Shown piece after piece: positions 23,404 through 35,764 of a stretch of DNA of 64,000 nucleotides; position 1 is the first letter of the stretch; every line of letters starts with the position of its first letter. Location: positions 27,590,001-27,654,000 of the forward strand of contig OZ024751.1 in the NCBI GenBank assembly GCA_964016885.1, in the 5' to 3' direction. The notes beneath the pieces were generated by a model. That model saw nothing but the letters and a program-made list of their open reading frames with translations. It did not search any database and had not been told where the DNA came from. The translations under genes and the position numbers were made by a program. This DNA comes from Eledone cirrhosa (lineage: Eukaryota).

Positions 23404-23983
23404 TTATTCATATTACGAGACTTCAATTTCTTAAAATAAAAGTTATTTTGAAAAAGATAAAAGTTTTTGTCATTTAATTCAAGCCATAATAAAGTATTCT
23501 TTTAGAAGGGATGTATGGATAGGGATCTGAGAAGGGATGTGAGGAGATAGATGCGTATGTATAGGGGGAGATGTACAGTGTGTTCCATTTGGATTAATGA
23601 GAGGGGTGGAAGAGAAGGAATGAAATAGCTGCCAACTAAAAGTATTGTTGCTGAGTTGGTAGTGTGTACTTTCACAATATCACGTGATCTCTTTTCCACG
23701 AGTCCAGATCATACTGCTGGTTTAGGGAAAGTTTCCATTTCCTAATGAAATCCACGACTTGGAGGTTTACCACATCGGTGTTCTGCAAGTATTTTTGTTG
23801 TGATAGCACCTAACACTCTGCCCCATATACTGTTACATATATTTCGGTTATGACCGAAATATATGTAACAGTGATTATGAATAAATGAAGTAAATTCTAA
23901 CCTGTTGACTTGTACTTCATGATTCATCATCATCATCATTTTACGTCTGCTTTTCCCTGCTTGCAAAGGTGGGATTATAATTA

Positions 23984-24022
<39 letters not shown>

Positions 24023-24459
24023 AGAGAGAAAGAGTTAGTTCCACAACAAATTTGCAAACCATACTGGCAGACACATGTTTCACTTAGCAGATTTTCAACC
24101 TGAGTGAGGTTGTGTTGACAATGGAAGTATATATAATTCTGTTCTTAGCACAAACTCACTCAGGTTGAAAATCCGCTAAGTGAAACAGGCGTCCTCAAGT
24201 ATGGTTTGCAAATTTGTTATGGAACTAACTCTATACCAAACTCGTACTCTCGACTGAGTGATCTATTTACCACGGATATAATCTCCCAGTTTTTTTACCA
24301 CTTAGCATGGATAAATGGACGTAAAATAGTGATGTTGATATAATATATATATATTATATATACATCTCCCACTCTCACCAAGCGTGAAACTAATATTTGT
24401 AACATTTACTCCTGTGTTTGTCTTTTTTGTTTTCTGATATTCCGAACGATATATATATA

Positions 24460-24760
24460 TGGGGAACCACACACAACCATGACCTCTGGCGTCATGCAGT
24501 AATACAGAAGACCCGACCCCCCACGGGTACAAGCCGAAGCTGAAGCATATAGACAATATGGCCCCACACCCTCCCACTGCAAAAAAGCACCCAGCCCACA
24601 TTGTAAATGAGGTTGGTGTTAGGAAGGGCATCTAGCCAAAATCAGTCCCCGTATGAGAGAGACATGGTAGCCGACCGGCTACTGCCCACAACAGGAGAAT
24701 CCGTCCAACCCATGCTAGCGTAGAAGAACGGACGTAAAACGGTGATTTTGATGATGATGA
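24460..24760 (+). mobile_element. SINE (core ggttggtgttaggaagggcatc, RTE-like 3' tail ending (tga)n)
   Basis: The same family recurs at about 2.1-2.3, 17.35-17.6 (-), 28.2-28.45, 28.6-28.8, 43.1-43.8 and 44.27-44.5 kb. Confidence 0.75.
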
Positions 24761-25961
24761 GACAAATATAGATATCTTTCTAGATAAATATAGATAGATA
24801 GATTTGTAGATTTTCACACAGATTATCCGTCTAACCTATGCTAGCGTGGAAAATGGACGTTAAACGAAGATGATGATGATGATCTCTCAATTTCGAAAAC
24901 AAAATTTAATGTAACTTTTTAAAAAGGTTTCTGTAAATTCCAAAATCAAAATTTGATACATTTTCATTCAATATTATAATAGAAGTTAGATTTCAAAATA
25001 GGGAAAATCAATAAATTTTAATGCTCCTTCTGTGAAAGCTAAGGAATGGGGTATGGTCCTATTTGAGGGGTCCATTAAAGGGAGGATGAGATTTCTTGAC
25101 AGAAAATTAAAATGGACCTACTTTCTGTGAAAAGAACAAAGTGCACTTATTTTGTGTATTTATCTTGCCACCAGAATACAGACGTACCAAACTTCTGTTT
25201 GTGAATATACGATGCCAGTAAAACGGAAAGCTTGAATGATGAGTATAATTTCCATTACATTTAACTGTTTTTTCTATTTTAACTACAATTTTCTGTGACA
25301 GCACACACACACACACATATATATACCATTTACGTGGTTTTGTCTTTGCGTGCTATTGTTCTCCACGCTCCCCATATGACTTATTATCTTCGTTTTTTCA
25401 TTCATTGCCAGAGAACATCTCTATGCACCACCTAAGAGAACATTAGTCTACAACCTCTTTTATACCATAAACGTGGTTTTGTCTTTGCGTGTAATTGTTT
25501 TTCACCGCTCCTATTAATGACGTATTATTCGTTTTTTCCCCGTTCTTTGCCAGCGAACGTTTCCACGAACCAAAGTATCGTCTTCCTGTCTTCCTCCGGT
25601 TGCAACGTTTTTTGAAATATCCACTTCTGCGTTCACAGATTGACTTTGTTAGTTTCAGAAGATCCCGTTAAGGGTGAAAGCATCGATTCTTTGCTTAAAC
25701 TTTAATCTGTTATTTTAATAAATATATATATATATGTGTGTGTGTGTGTGCTGTCACATACACATACACTAATTAATTTCGTTCTATCACTCGTGTTTTA
25801 CGTTTCAATTTTTTTTTTCTATATGGAAATTTCACTTTCCCTTTAATGGAATCCTAAAATAGAAATATGTCAAGAATTACACCAAAACCACAGATGAAAG
25901 AATCTTCTTTAATTTGCTATAGATGTCAAATAAAAAATATATATTTTACAATAAAAACGCC

Positions 25962-27500
25962 TCAATATAAAATTTTTGAACCATTTTCTTTAGGTGTGGC
26001 GGTGTTCAATTCTGCTGCTGCAAATATTAAGTCCAACATTCCCAGAGTTTCCGAACAGGTCTTCAAATATTTCAGTTCATTACAAATAAGTCGGTGGAAC
26101 TTAAGTAAGCTCACCGAGCAATCACTGGATTTTTGAAACATTGAAGAATACAGGTCTAGAATTATGTTTGTGACATCTATAAGAGTTGACATATAGTTAA
26201 TATTCCGTATATTCATGCTGATAAATTTAAGTAAAACTAATAATTGCCGTTCGTTTCGTCCGATTAATGCGGATTTTATAACGTTCCGACGTATGAGTTC
26301 CTGCATAACACTGACAGTAATCTCGGGGTTCATCATACGAACTCGAACGTCCAACACGGAGTCCAGGGCACCACTGTGTTTAAATGCTTTAAGTTGTCTA
26401 TCCCATCTCGGCATAGACTTCTTTTTTTGTTTTAAAATAACTAAATCATCCTTTTCAGAGGAGACATACTTGCCAGTGTTAATTCTGTATCGGTATGATG
26501 ATTTATTGTCTTGTTTTACTGGTTTGGTTGTAGAATCGGGTTGTTTTTTGCGGTGTTGTATAGAGAGAAAGCCATCTGTAGTACCAGCCACAATGACACT
26601 GTCGTCTGGGGAGACGGCTACACTAAGTACAGGTCCTGGATAATCGAATGTATTTACAACTTGGTAGCTCACAGTATCGTACATCTTCACATGTCTATCT
26701 AAAGATCCAGACACAAGTTTTTTATAATCACTGCAGAATCCCAAAGATGTGATAGATTTATGATGGTGACACATAGTGTTTAGTAACTTGCCACCAGCTA
26801 ACGCATCCCAAACTTTGATAGAATTTCCACCAGCTGAAAAGAAGAGTCCAACAGAAGGAAACATGAGGACACTTTCAACGGGAGATCCATGGTCCACAGT
26901 AAGAACACTTTCTTCCAGTCTGGTGTCAAACATTTTGATTAAATGATCGTAGCCGCCAGTTAAAATGATATCCGGACTAGCAGCCGGATTGGTACCACAC
27001 CGAATAACGTCTTTGTGTTCCTGGAAAGTATTAATACAACTTTCCGTCGGTATATCCCATAGTCGTAGTGTTAAATCATCAGATCCGGAAAACACATGGA
27101 AGTTATCAGCCGTGAAACGAGACACGTGTACGGGAGCAGTGTGCCCTTTGAAAGTTCGCAAACGAAAGTCTTTTTCGACACTGAATAACCGTACAATTCC
27201 TTCCTCTCCTCCAACTACCAAGAGATTGCCGTCAGAACGGAAAGATCCGCTATATATATTCTGTTTGAACCGAGCAAAACTCCTCATTATTTGGTTGGTC
27301 TGCGCATTATAAATATGTAAGCGCGTGGAATTTGTTACGGCGAAATTATACGGCTCTGAACGAGAAAAATCAATGAAACTGATAGCTCCGTACTCACGTT
27401 TAATTACTGCAGGTTCTAGTTTCCAATAAAGGTTATCGGCAGTAACTTCATGACAGCGTGGATAATGTTTTATGAAAGTATTTTTAAAAGACGACATCAT
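25962..27500 (-). CDS. UTP15: U3 snoRNA-associated protein 15 homolog (WD40 + UTP15_C), single coding exon, 512 aa
   Basis: Uninterrupted ORF with PYNFAVT, SFRSDGNLLVVG, WD repeats, VDHGSPVESVL, HHKSITSL, SGSLDRHVK and C-terminal ELIRR..IKSAL.GR. Confidence 0.96.
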   Translation of the reverse strand: MMSSFKNTFIKHYPRCHEVTADNLYWKLEPAVIKREYGAISFIDFSRSEPYNFAVTNSTRLHIYNAQTNQIMRSFARFKQNIYSGSFRSDGNLLVVGGEEGIVRLFSVEKDFRLRTFKGHTAPVHVSRFTADNFHVFSGSDDLTLRLWDIPTESCINTFQEHKDVIRCGTNPAASPDIILTGGYDHLIKMFDTRLEESVLTVDHGSPVESVLMFPSVGLFFSAGGNSIKVWDALAGGKLLNTMCHHHKSITSLGFCSDYKKLVSGSLDRHVKMYDTVSYQVVNTFDYPGPVLSVAVSPDDSVIVAGTTDGFLSIQHRKKQPDSTTKPVKQDNKSSYRYRINTGKYVSSEKDDLVILKQKKKSMPRWDRQLKAFKHSGALDSVLDVRVRMMNPEITVSVMQELIRRNVIKSALIGRNERQLLVLLKFISMNIRNINYMSTLIDVTNIILDLYSSMFQKSSDCSVSLLKFHRLICNELKYLKTCSETLGMLDLIFAAAELNTATPKENGSKILY

Positions 27501-27518
27501 GAATTATACGAAAGGAAT

Positions 27519-27617
27519 TCACGTGTTTTTGTCGTCAACAGAGAGCTATAGCATCAGGGGAAGTAACTCACGTGCTTTGTCTTCAACAAAGAGCTATAGC
27601 ATCAGGGGGAGTTACTC
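27519..27617. promoter_or_regulatory. Tandem 49-bp duplication upstream of UTP15, each copy with a CACGTG E-box and an AGGGG(A/G)AGT(A/T)ACTC motif
   Basis: CACGTG at 27520 and 27569; two near-identical units, the first starting about 20 nt from the ATG. Confidence 0.55.
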
Positions 27618-27729
27618 CAATAAACTTTCAGCTAATTACAATTAAGATTTTTTTTTAAATACAAAATACAGCAACAAGGAAACAAAAAAAAAAGAAAGGA
27701 AAAGAAGAAAAAGAGTAGGAATAAAGGAA

Positions 27730-27900
27730 TTAATTAAGGAAAGAGACGGACCAGCTATTGAGATTGACGAATATAGGGTACAAGAGGCAATTAAAGAAAT
27801 GAATGGTAAGGCCGCTGGACTATCGGGGATAGTTGCTGAGATGCTGAAGGCATCAGGTGAAGTAGGCATTAAACTGCTTGCACGCATCATCAATCAAGTT
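27730..27900 (+). mobile_element. RTE LINE fragment
   Basis: VQEAIKEMNGKAAGLSGIVAEMLKASG. Confidence 0.7.
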
Positions 27901-27925
27901 ATATATGTGTGTGTATATATGTATG

Positions 27926-27956
<31 letters not shown>

Positions 27957-28014
27957 GTATATATGTATCCGTCTAACCCATGCTAGCGTGGGAGATGGAC
28001 GTTAAACGATGATG

Positions 28015-28062
<48 letters not shown>

Positions 28063-30046
28063 TACCTAAGTACAAAGTGAAACCTACTACAGTCAGTAGG
28101 CACCTCTAACAAAAATACACTACCCCCACACATTCCCACCACCCCTTTCAATGTAAAGTTATGTTGGTACCACAACATCCAGTCCGAAACAAATGAGGTC
28201 GTGTAAGTGTCACAACAAAAAAAAACACACAGTCCACGCTGTAATGTGACCGTGTAGGTAACACGGTAAAAACCTCCCAGTCCACACTGTAAACGTGGTT
28301 GGTGTTAGGAAGGGCATCCAGCCGTAGAAAACCCGCCAGACAGTCCTATACGAGCAAGGCAACCATTCTTGCCTCAAGTGGGAAAATTCCCGTCCAAACC
28401 CATGCAAGCGTGGAAGATGGACGTTAAACGATGATGATGATATGAATGTATATATATATATATATGAATGTATGTATGGCATATTTGGCAATATAAATGG
28501 AGGCACATGGCTTAGTGGTTAGAGCATTGGGCTTGTTTCACATTGCTCCAGTTTACTCAGCTGTAGAAATGAGATGATAGAACTGGGGTCCCTATCATTC
28601 CACTGCAAAGTGGTCGTGGATGTGCCACGGCAAAAAAGCACCCGGCCCACACTGTAAAGTGGACGTGTAGGCGCCACGGCAAAAAAAGCACCCAGCACTC
28701 ACTGTAAATGAGGTTGGTGTTAGGAAGGGCATCTAGCTGTAGAAATCAAGCCAGAATCAGTTCCCGTCCCATTCTTGCAAGCAGGGAAAAGCGGACGTAA
28801 AATGATGATGATGATGATGATATATGTATATATATGTATACATTTATATATATTAGAATTGTTGCTCTGAAATAGCTATATATATATATGAATGTATATA
28901 TAGTGTATTTTGCAATACACTGTATGCTTAATAAAAAGCATTTTGAAGACCTTATGCTATTGTTTTAGAGTAGTGACAGACTCACTTACTTTAATTTCAG
29001 CAAACAGGCAACCTAACGATGTTTACAAGAACTAAATAAATTATTTCGCAAATTAATAGAGTTCTTACTTTTTAGTATAAAGAATATTTCTTCAACGCAA
29101 AGGGAGCTATTTTGGGATAAAGCCGGAGATAATTTCCCAAAATAAAGAATAGTTAATATTCTTGGATTTTAAGTTCAATAATAAGTTGGATAGAGAAGTT
29201 GAAGATTTTTTACCAATATTTTTTTTTACCAATACAAATTTTCAACCTATCATTATAAATATTATAATCACAACGTAATGAACCCTACATTCTAAATATT
29301 ATTCTTCTTATTTGTTTTTATGTAATACATAAAAACAAACTTAAACCCTAACTAATTTCTTTTAATATATTATATTATTACCATTAGAAAATATTTCGTA
29401 AACATATATACTTTTTGATGTAAATAAATAATGTACTTTATGATGTTAGATATTTTCTTCCTTAAACATTCTTTTCTTCTTTCCTTCCGCGCTCATTTTA
29501 AACAAACAATTTACGTACACATATTACATTACATAAAAACAAACTTAAACCCTAACTAATTCCTCTAAATTCATAACTCATTCATTCTTCTCCTTCTTTT
29601 CACATTATATCCTTAATAACATTAATATTTTAAATACATATTAATAAATTCTTTTCCTCGCACATATTATTAAACCCTTCAATATACAAACCTTAATTTA
29701 ATACTATTCTTAATTCCTTTTTCTTCATGCATAAACCTCATTAACTTTTAATTTCAAAATCTTTTAAATTTATCTATTATCTTCCAACGGCTTTTGAATT
29801 TCTCTCTGTGAGACAATATATATTTTTTTCTCAGTTGTAAAGGCTATCTCTCTCACCCATCTCTCTTCCTTCCTTCTTATACTCCTAGCCCACCATCATT
29901 TACTCTCATTTCTTTCTCTTCCTTACCTTTTCCAACCCCCGCTCACTTTTTCCCAATCTCATACATCAATCTTAATTTATTTTTCATATGTTGATTTAAA
30001 ACTTCACTATTCACAAGTGTTTTTTAAGCTTCATATCATGTCTCCC

Positions 30047-30117
30047 TATTTTATCTGATGAGAACGCAGATATCATCCCATGATGATATTTGTTTTTGAA
30101 ATGCGCATAATAAAATA
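30047..30117 (+). ncRNA. Type I minimal hammerhead ribozyme motif (Penelope-type)
   Basis: tattttat-CTGATGA-16-bp stem II-GAAA-TGCGCA-TA-ataaaata: 8-bp stem I, intact core boxes, palindromic stem III. Confidence 0.75.
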
Positions 30118-30239
30118 CTTGGAACTCTTAACCATCTTTTGATCTTATATTATATATACTCCAGTCCTACAAATTGTAGAGTGCTACTTACCCGATATTT
30201 GCATTGCTTCATTGTGCTACAATAAAACTCACCTCCTAC

Positions 30240-30458
30240 ATTATGTATATATATGTATATGTATATATATGTATGTATATGTATATATATATATTATGTA
30301 TATATATATTTATGTGTATATATATGTATGTATATATATATATATATATTATGTATATATATATTTATGTATATATATATTTATGTGTATATATATATAT
30401 GTGTATATATATATGTATATATATATATATATGTGTATATATATATGTATATATATAT

Positions 30459-30496
<38 letters not shown>

Positions 30497-30663
30497 GTGT
30501 ATATATATATGTTTGTATATATATATATGTATGTATATATATATATATATATACACATATATATATATATGTATATATATGTATATATACATATATATAT
30601 GTATATATACATATGTATATATATATATATATGTGTATATATATATGTGTGTATATATATGTG

Positions 30664-30694
<31 letters not shown>

Positions 30695-30913
30695 GTGTAT
30701 ATATATATATGTGTGTATATATATGAATATATATATATATGTGTATATATATGAATATATATATATATGTGTATATATATATATATGTGTATATATATAT
30801 ATATATAGTTGTGTAATAAACAACAAGATAATTATTTCATTTACCAGTGGTTTCTTGAGGCTGGAAAAGGAAGAAGGAAAGGAAACAGAATAAATATAAA
30901 AGTAGATAAACAT

Positions 30914-30944
<31 letters not shown>

Positions 30945-31020
30945 CATATACATACACACACATATATATATACATATACATACACACACGTGTGTATATA
31001 TATATATATATACATATACA
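30240..31020. repeat. Degenerate (TA)n/(TG)n/(CA)n microsatellite block
   Basis: Directly visible. Confidence 0.95.
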
Positions 31021-33160
31021 CACACGTCGACCCGACAACAGAACCACCAACAAGACCCGTATGCGGAGCAAATATAGCTAGCAACTACAGGATCTACTTC
31101 CTCTCAATGGTTATACACTCCATAATCAAGATGTCCCCAGATGTATGTGACAGTACAGAGGACCTCCTCAGCAGAATCAGTGAGTGCAACAAAAACAAAA
31201 ACCTATCCAACTGCATAATAGGCAGCATGGATGTGGTATCACTGTACCCATCCATTAACATTGATTTTGCTGTGGAGATGATCATTGAGAGTGAGGTGGA
31301 GTTCTGCAACGTCGACACAGACGAACTGGGCCTCCTACTTAGACTTACCTACGACACTGACTACCTAGACAGCCATGACCTTAGACGTTTCTGTCCCAGT
31401 AGACCCATAAGAGGTAGACCCCCCCAGCATAACCTCAATGGCTAAAAAGACTCCCATGGGAAGGTGGATTGGGTGGACCAAAGCTATACGGACCCCCCAA
31501 AACAATGATCAGGTAAGAAAAATGGTCGCACATGCAATATGGGCTAGTATCAAAACTACCCTAAAGGGCCACATATTCAAGTTCAACGAGATCTACACAC
31601 AAAATGAGGGAGCAGCCATTGGCGTCAGCATAGCTGGTGACGTTGCCAACCTGTTTATGGTATGGTGGGAAAGGAGACTTAAAGATCTCCTTAATGAGAG
31701 CTCCATAGACCTCATCATGTATTCTCATTACGTAGACGATATCAATATAGTTATAAGAACATTCCCACAGAGAGTACTAACAAGTTTGATTTAGAACATA
31801 GCACAATGGAAAGCATCCAGCAGATAGCTAATTCCATACACTAGAGTATAACTGTAACTATCGACTTCCCTTCCAAACACCCTAACAATAGACTACCTGT
31901 ATTAGACACGGAACTCTGGATTAACACTATAGACGAGAGAGCCCAAATTCTCCACTCACACTATGTTAAACCCATGGCCTCCAAATACCTGATACTCAAA
32001 AACTCAACAATGTCCAGTAGTGCTAAGTTTAATATTCTGATCGCAGACTTGGTACGAGTGATGAAGAACGTGTCCCGCATGTGCGACCCAACAGAAATGG
32101 AAAGACACATCCAACACTTCATCAACCGCATGCAGTTCTCTGGCTACAACCAAAGAGACAGAATCAGAGTATACGAAGAAGTATAAGACCCTCACAAAAC
32201 TTGACATGAAAGGAATTTGCCCATTATACAGGAGCAAATCATGGAATAGCTTAGATAGGGCTAGACATAAGATAGGGAAAGCCACCTCATGGTACGACAA
32301 CCAGAGTGTCATGTTTGTGGACGCTACCACTGGAGGGAAATTAGCTAACCAGTGTAGAAAGGCCCACTTAAAGATTAAGGTGGTAGAAAAGCCAGGAACC
32401 ACCATAAAATCCCTGATCAGCAAAACCTACCCTTTTAAGAAAACCCACTGTACTAATAGGAAATGTATCATATGTAAGGTAAACTTCTGGATAAACTGTA
32501 AAACTAGAAACGTAGTCTATAGCATAAGATGTACAGAGGGTACTTGCAGAAACATGACAACAACATACATAGGCGAGACAGCTCGTAGCATAGGTGAAAG
32601 GATAGACCAACACTGGGGGGAACTAAAAGGACGAAAAACGGTTCATAGACAACATAGAAATTAGAATAATATCTAAACATAGAAATGACCCAGCAGATAG
32701 GAAAATCAGAGAGGCCAGTGAAATAGAACTTAGAAGGCCAAGGCTAAACAGAAAAAATGAATGGAATAACAACACTGACCTAAGAGAAGTATAAATAAAT
32801 AAATAAATACATACACAAGCACAATAACAACAAACACATATAAACACACACTAGTAAAGATCAAATACATTAACCAATACACAGTCACCCAATCACGAAC
32901 ACACATCAAACAAAACACTATACACACACGCAAACGCATGCGCAAAAAATAAACAAATAAATAAATATATAAACAGACTAAATAAAGATGGCGTAGAAAA
33001 TACAATGCAACAGGAGGAAACATAATAGCACCACTGACGATGTTGCAGATGTGCAACGAAAGAACTTTGATAAACTATATATATGTGTTTGTGTCTATAC
33101 TGTATCTGTATTTTTGACCGTTGGTCAGTCAATGGCAACATTGAGGACTGAATAAATTAA
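31020..33160 (+). mobile_element. Penelope-like retroelement (RT + C-terminal GIY-YIG), 5'-truncated and decayed, with a 3' hammerhead-like motif
   Basis: [44 protein letters not shown], Cys-rich linker, NVVYSIRC...YIGETARSIGER..QH; CTGACGA-GTTGCA/TGCAAC-GAAA at 33034-33061. Confidence 0.9.
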
Positions 33161-33262
33161 ATTAACCGATATAAAAGACACAGAAGCGAAAACCAACCAA
33201 ACAGTGAGTGTGTTCTGTTATTAATTCTGGCAATATTACACAAATATGACCTCCCCAAGTAT

Positions 33263-33306
<44 letters not shown>

Positions 33307-33400
33307 CAAATTTATACGGGAACAAAACAGAGAGGCAGACAAATAAAGGTTTATTAGGTTCGCACTTTTGAGACTGGGTCGGTGGGAGGGAGGGGGAAAC

Positions 33401-33428
33401 GACGTTTCGGGCATAAGCCCTTCTTCAG
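33401..33428 (-). ncRNA. Minimal hammerhead core of a Penelope-type pLTR (stem I degenerate)
   Basis: - strand reads CTGAAGA-A-GGGC-TTAT-GCCC-GAAAC-GTC. Confidence 0.6.
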
Positions 33429-33843
33429 GAGTAAATAGGTTAGGAAGAGAGTTCAGAAGGTGTGTGGAAATACATTTAGAAAAAAGGGGGAAGGAGAACA
33501 AATAAAAATAAACATAAGAATACGTATATATATATATTATACGCTGTTAATTTTTATAACTTTTTAAATATATCTATGCATGCCTTTTCTTACTGTATAT
33601 ATTTTGTTTTGTATGTATGTGAGTGCATGTTGTGTATGCGGTTGATATGCTTATATATCTATGTGTATATGGATGCACGCGCACATGTAACTTTGTGTGT
33701 ACATGTAATGGAATAATTATATTGTGTTGTTTATTATGTAAATATATATATATATATATATATATAACGAAGGAAATGTGGTAAGGAACCAGGTGGACCA
33801 TAACGCACCAAAGTACTCAATACTTGAGGTAGTAGAGTGGGTA

Positions 33844-33922
33844 ATAGGAACCAGTAAGACCCCGACAGCTGAGCTCAAGCCGTCGAAACGGCTTGAGCTC
33901 AGCTGTCGGGGTCTTACTGGTT

Positions 33923-33927
<5 letters not shown>
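33844..33927. repeat. Perfect 40-bp inverted repeat with CGAA loop
   Basis: ataggaaccagtaagaccccgacagctgagctcaagccgt-cgaa-reverse complement. Confidence 0.95.
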
Positions 33928-33998
<71 letters not shown>

Positions 33999-35764
33999 AC
34001 GTTGGAAAGGAAGCTGGCCAAAGTGTTGGGCCCAATTGTAACTCATTATATCTCATCGGGGAGGTCTTATAACGTGGATTACGTGTCGCTGGAGATATTA
34101 ATATAGTTATCGAATCAGAAGGCAATGACGAAAACGACATAGTCCATTATAAGAAAAATTCCGTTTTATTTGTTGTACAAATATGGAATCGAAATAACAA
34201 GAGAAGGTTGAGCAAGTCTTCACATCGTGTTGGCTGCATATTCCAGTGGAGATGTGAAAGAATGTGGCATATCAAATGTCGGACGTCTTGATGCAACCAG
34301 GTCGTTCAGTGAACTCTGTGTCTCTCTGCCCTGTCAGCCAACTGTGTCTCTGGTCTAAGTAGTCCAGCAACTGGTCTCGATCCGCTGAGGGCCTTGATTT
34401 ACCTCTGTGACACCATTCTTCCGCCAAAAGAAAATACATTTAATTCTGTTCACTACAGTCTGTCTTAGAACAGATAAAAAGTCAATGGAACCCAATGTGA
34501 AAGAGGTATCATTATTTCATCTTTGAAAGCTAAACAAGGTTATAAAGCTAAACAATATTATAAACCATTATTTATAATATAGAGGTTTACTTTACCTTTC
34601 ATCCTTACGGGGTCGATAAAATAAAGTACCAGTAATGCACTGGATAATTGCTGGCCTTGTGCCTAAAGTCGAAACAATTATTTATAATATAGACAAGGCC
34701 AGCAGTTGTGAGGGAAAAGTCGGTACTTTATTTTATCGACCCCGTACAAGCGAGAACACTTCTGAATCTCTAATAATTCAGCCTTTAAAAAGTTTAATAA
34801 TAATAGTATTGTATAATTGAAGAAGAGGTAATTTAAAATAGCTGATAAGTTACTTGAAACTGGAGTTGGACTCCGCCTATGTTTTATTTCTCATTTGGAG
34901 TTAACGAAGAAAATGGTGAGGTTAAAATTTCTTCAAAAGTTATTTTAAATACAGGAAATGAATCTAACTTTTTTTTAAATTGAAACTTGTAGATTTACAT
35001 AATTGTTTTTTTCTTTATGTTGTTAAGTGTAGGGCAGAGTAAAATAAGATTTTGTTAAAAAATACATGAAATATTCCAGCAACAACCACCCCTGTGGGCA
35101 TTGGTCTTGAAACATTCAAATTTGCCCACATTAATTAGTAAGATATTAAAAGTAAACATGATTATTGATAAATAAGGTGTAATATTTGGCTGTTATGTGT
35201 GACACAAGGTCGGTCATTACTAAATAGGCAACATATCACAATTTTATAAGGTTTCAATTAAGGGCAGATCAAAATGTTATTATGCATAGACGGGGTTATG
35301 ACTAGTTTAATGGAAGGATTGACTGGCTTGCAGCTAAGGGACCTACAAATTCTTTATCTTTTTGATACCATAGATAATAGTAAGTCGCGATGACCCTGAT
35401 GAAATTAGGGGTCCCACACCAGCTTAATCCGACCCTTCAGTTTATGTGGGGAGAAGCTACAGAAGAAATGGGTGGATGAAATGAAAGTTATACAAGAAAA
35501 AGTAATTTACTTTTATGTAGATTTTAAAGAGACAGGGAAAATATAACAAACCCTTTGAGATAGATTGAAAAAATAGGGAGGAAAATAGTCTTTTAAAGTT
35601 AAAATAGTAAAAACAAAACAGAAAATATCAGATCTGTTTCTTTTAGTTCTTCGATTGAAATAGAACAAGTTATAAAACATCAAAATAAAACAAACCAAGT
35701 AATTTTTTTAAATATCAAGTGTTGTTTTGTGAGTATTTGTTGATCAAAATGAGGTAGTTGATAA

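Noticed and set aside
26215-27312. Antisense ORFs over UTP15 (and likewise over GMPS)
   Set aside because: Shadow frames of the real coding strand, with no recognisable motifs.
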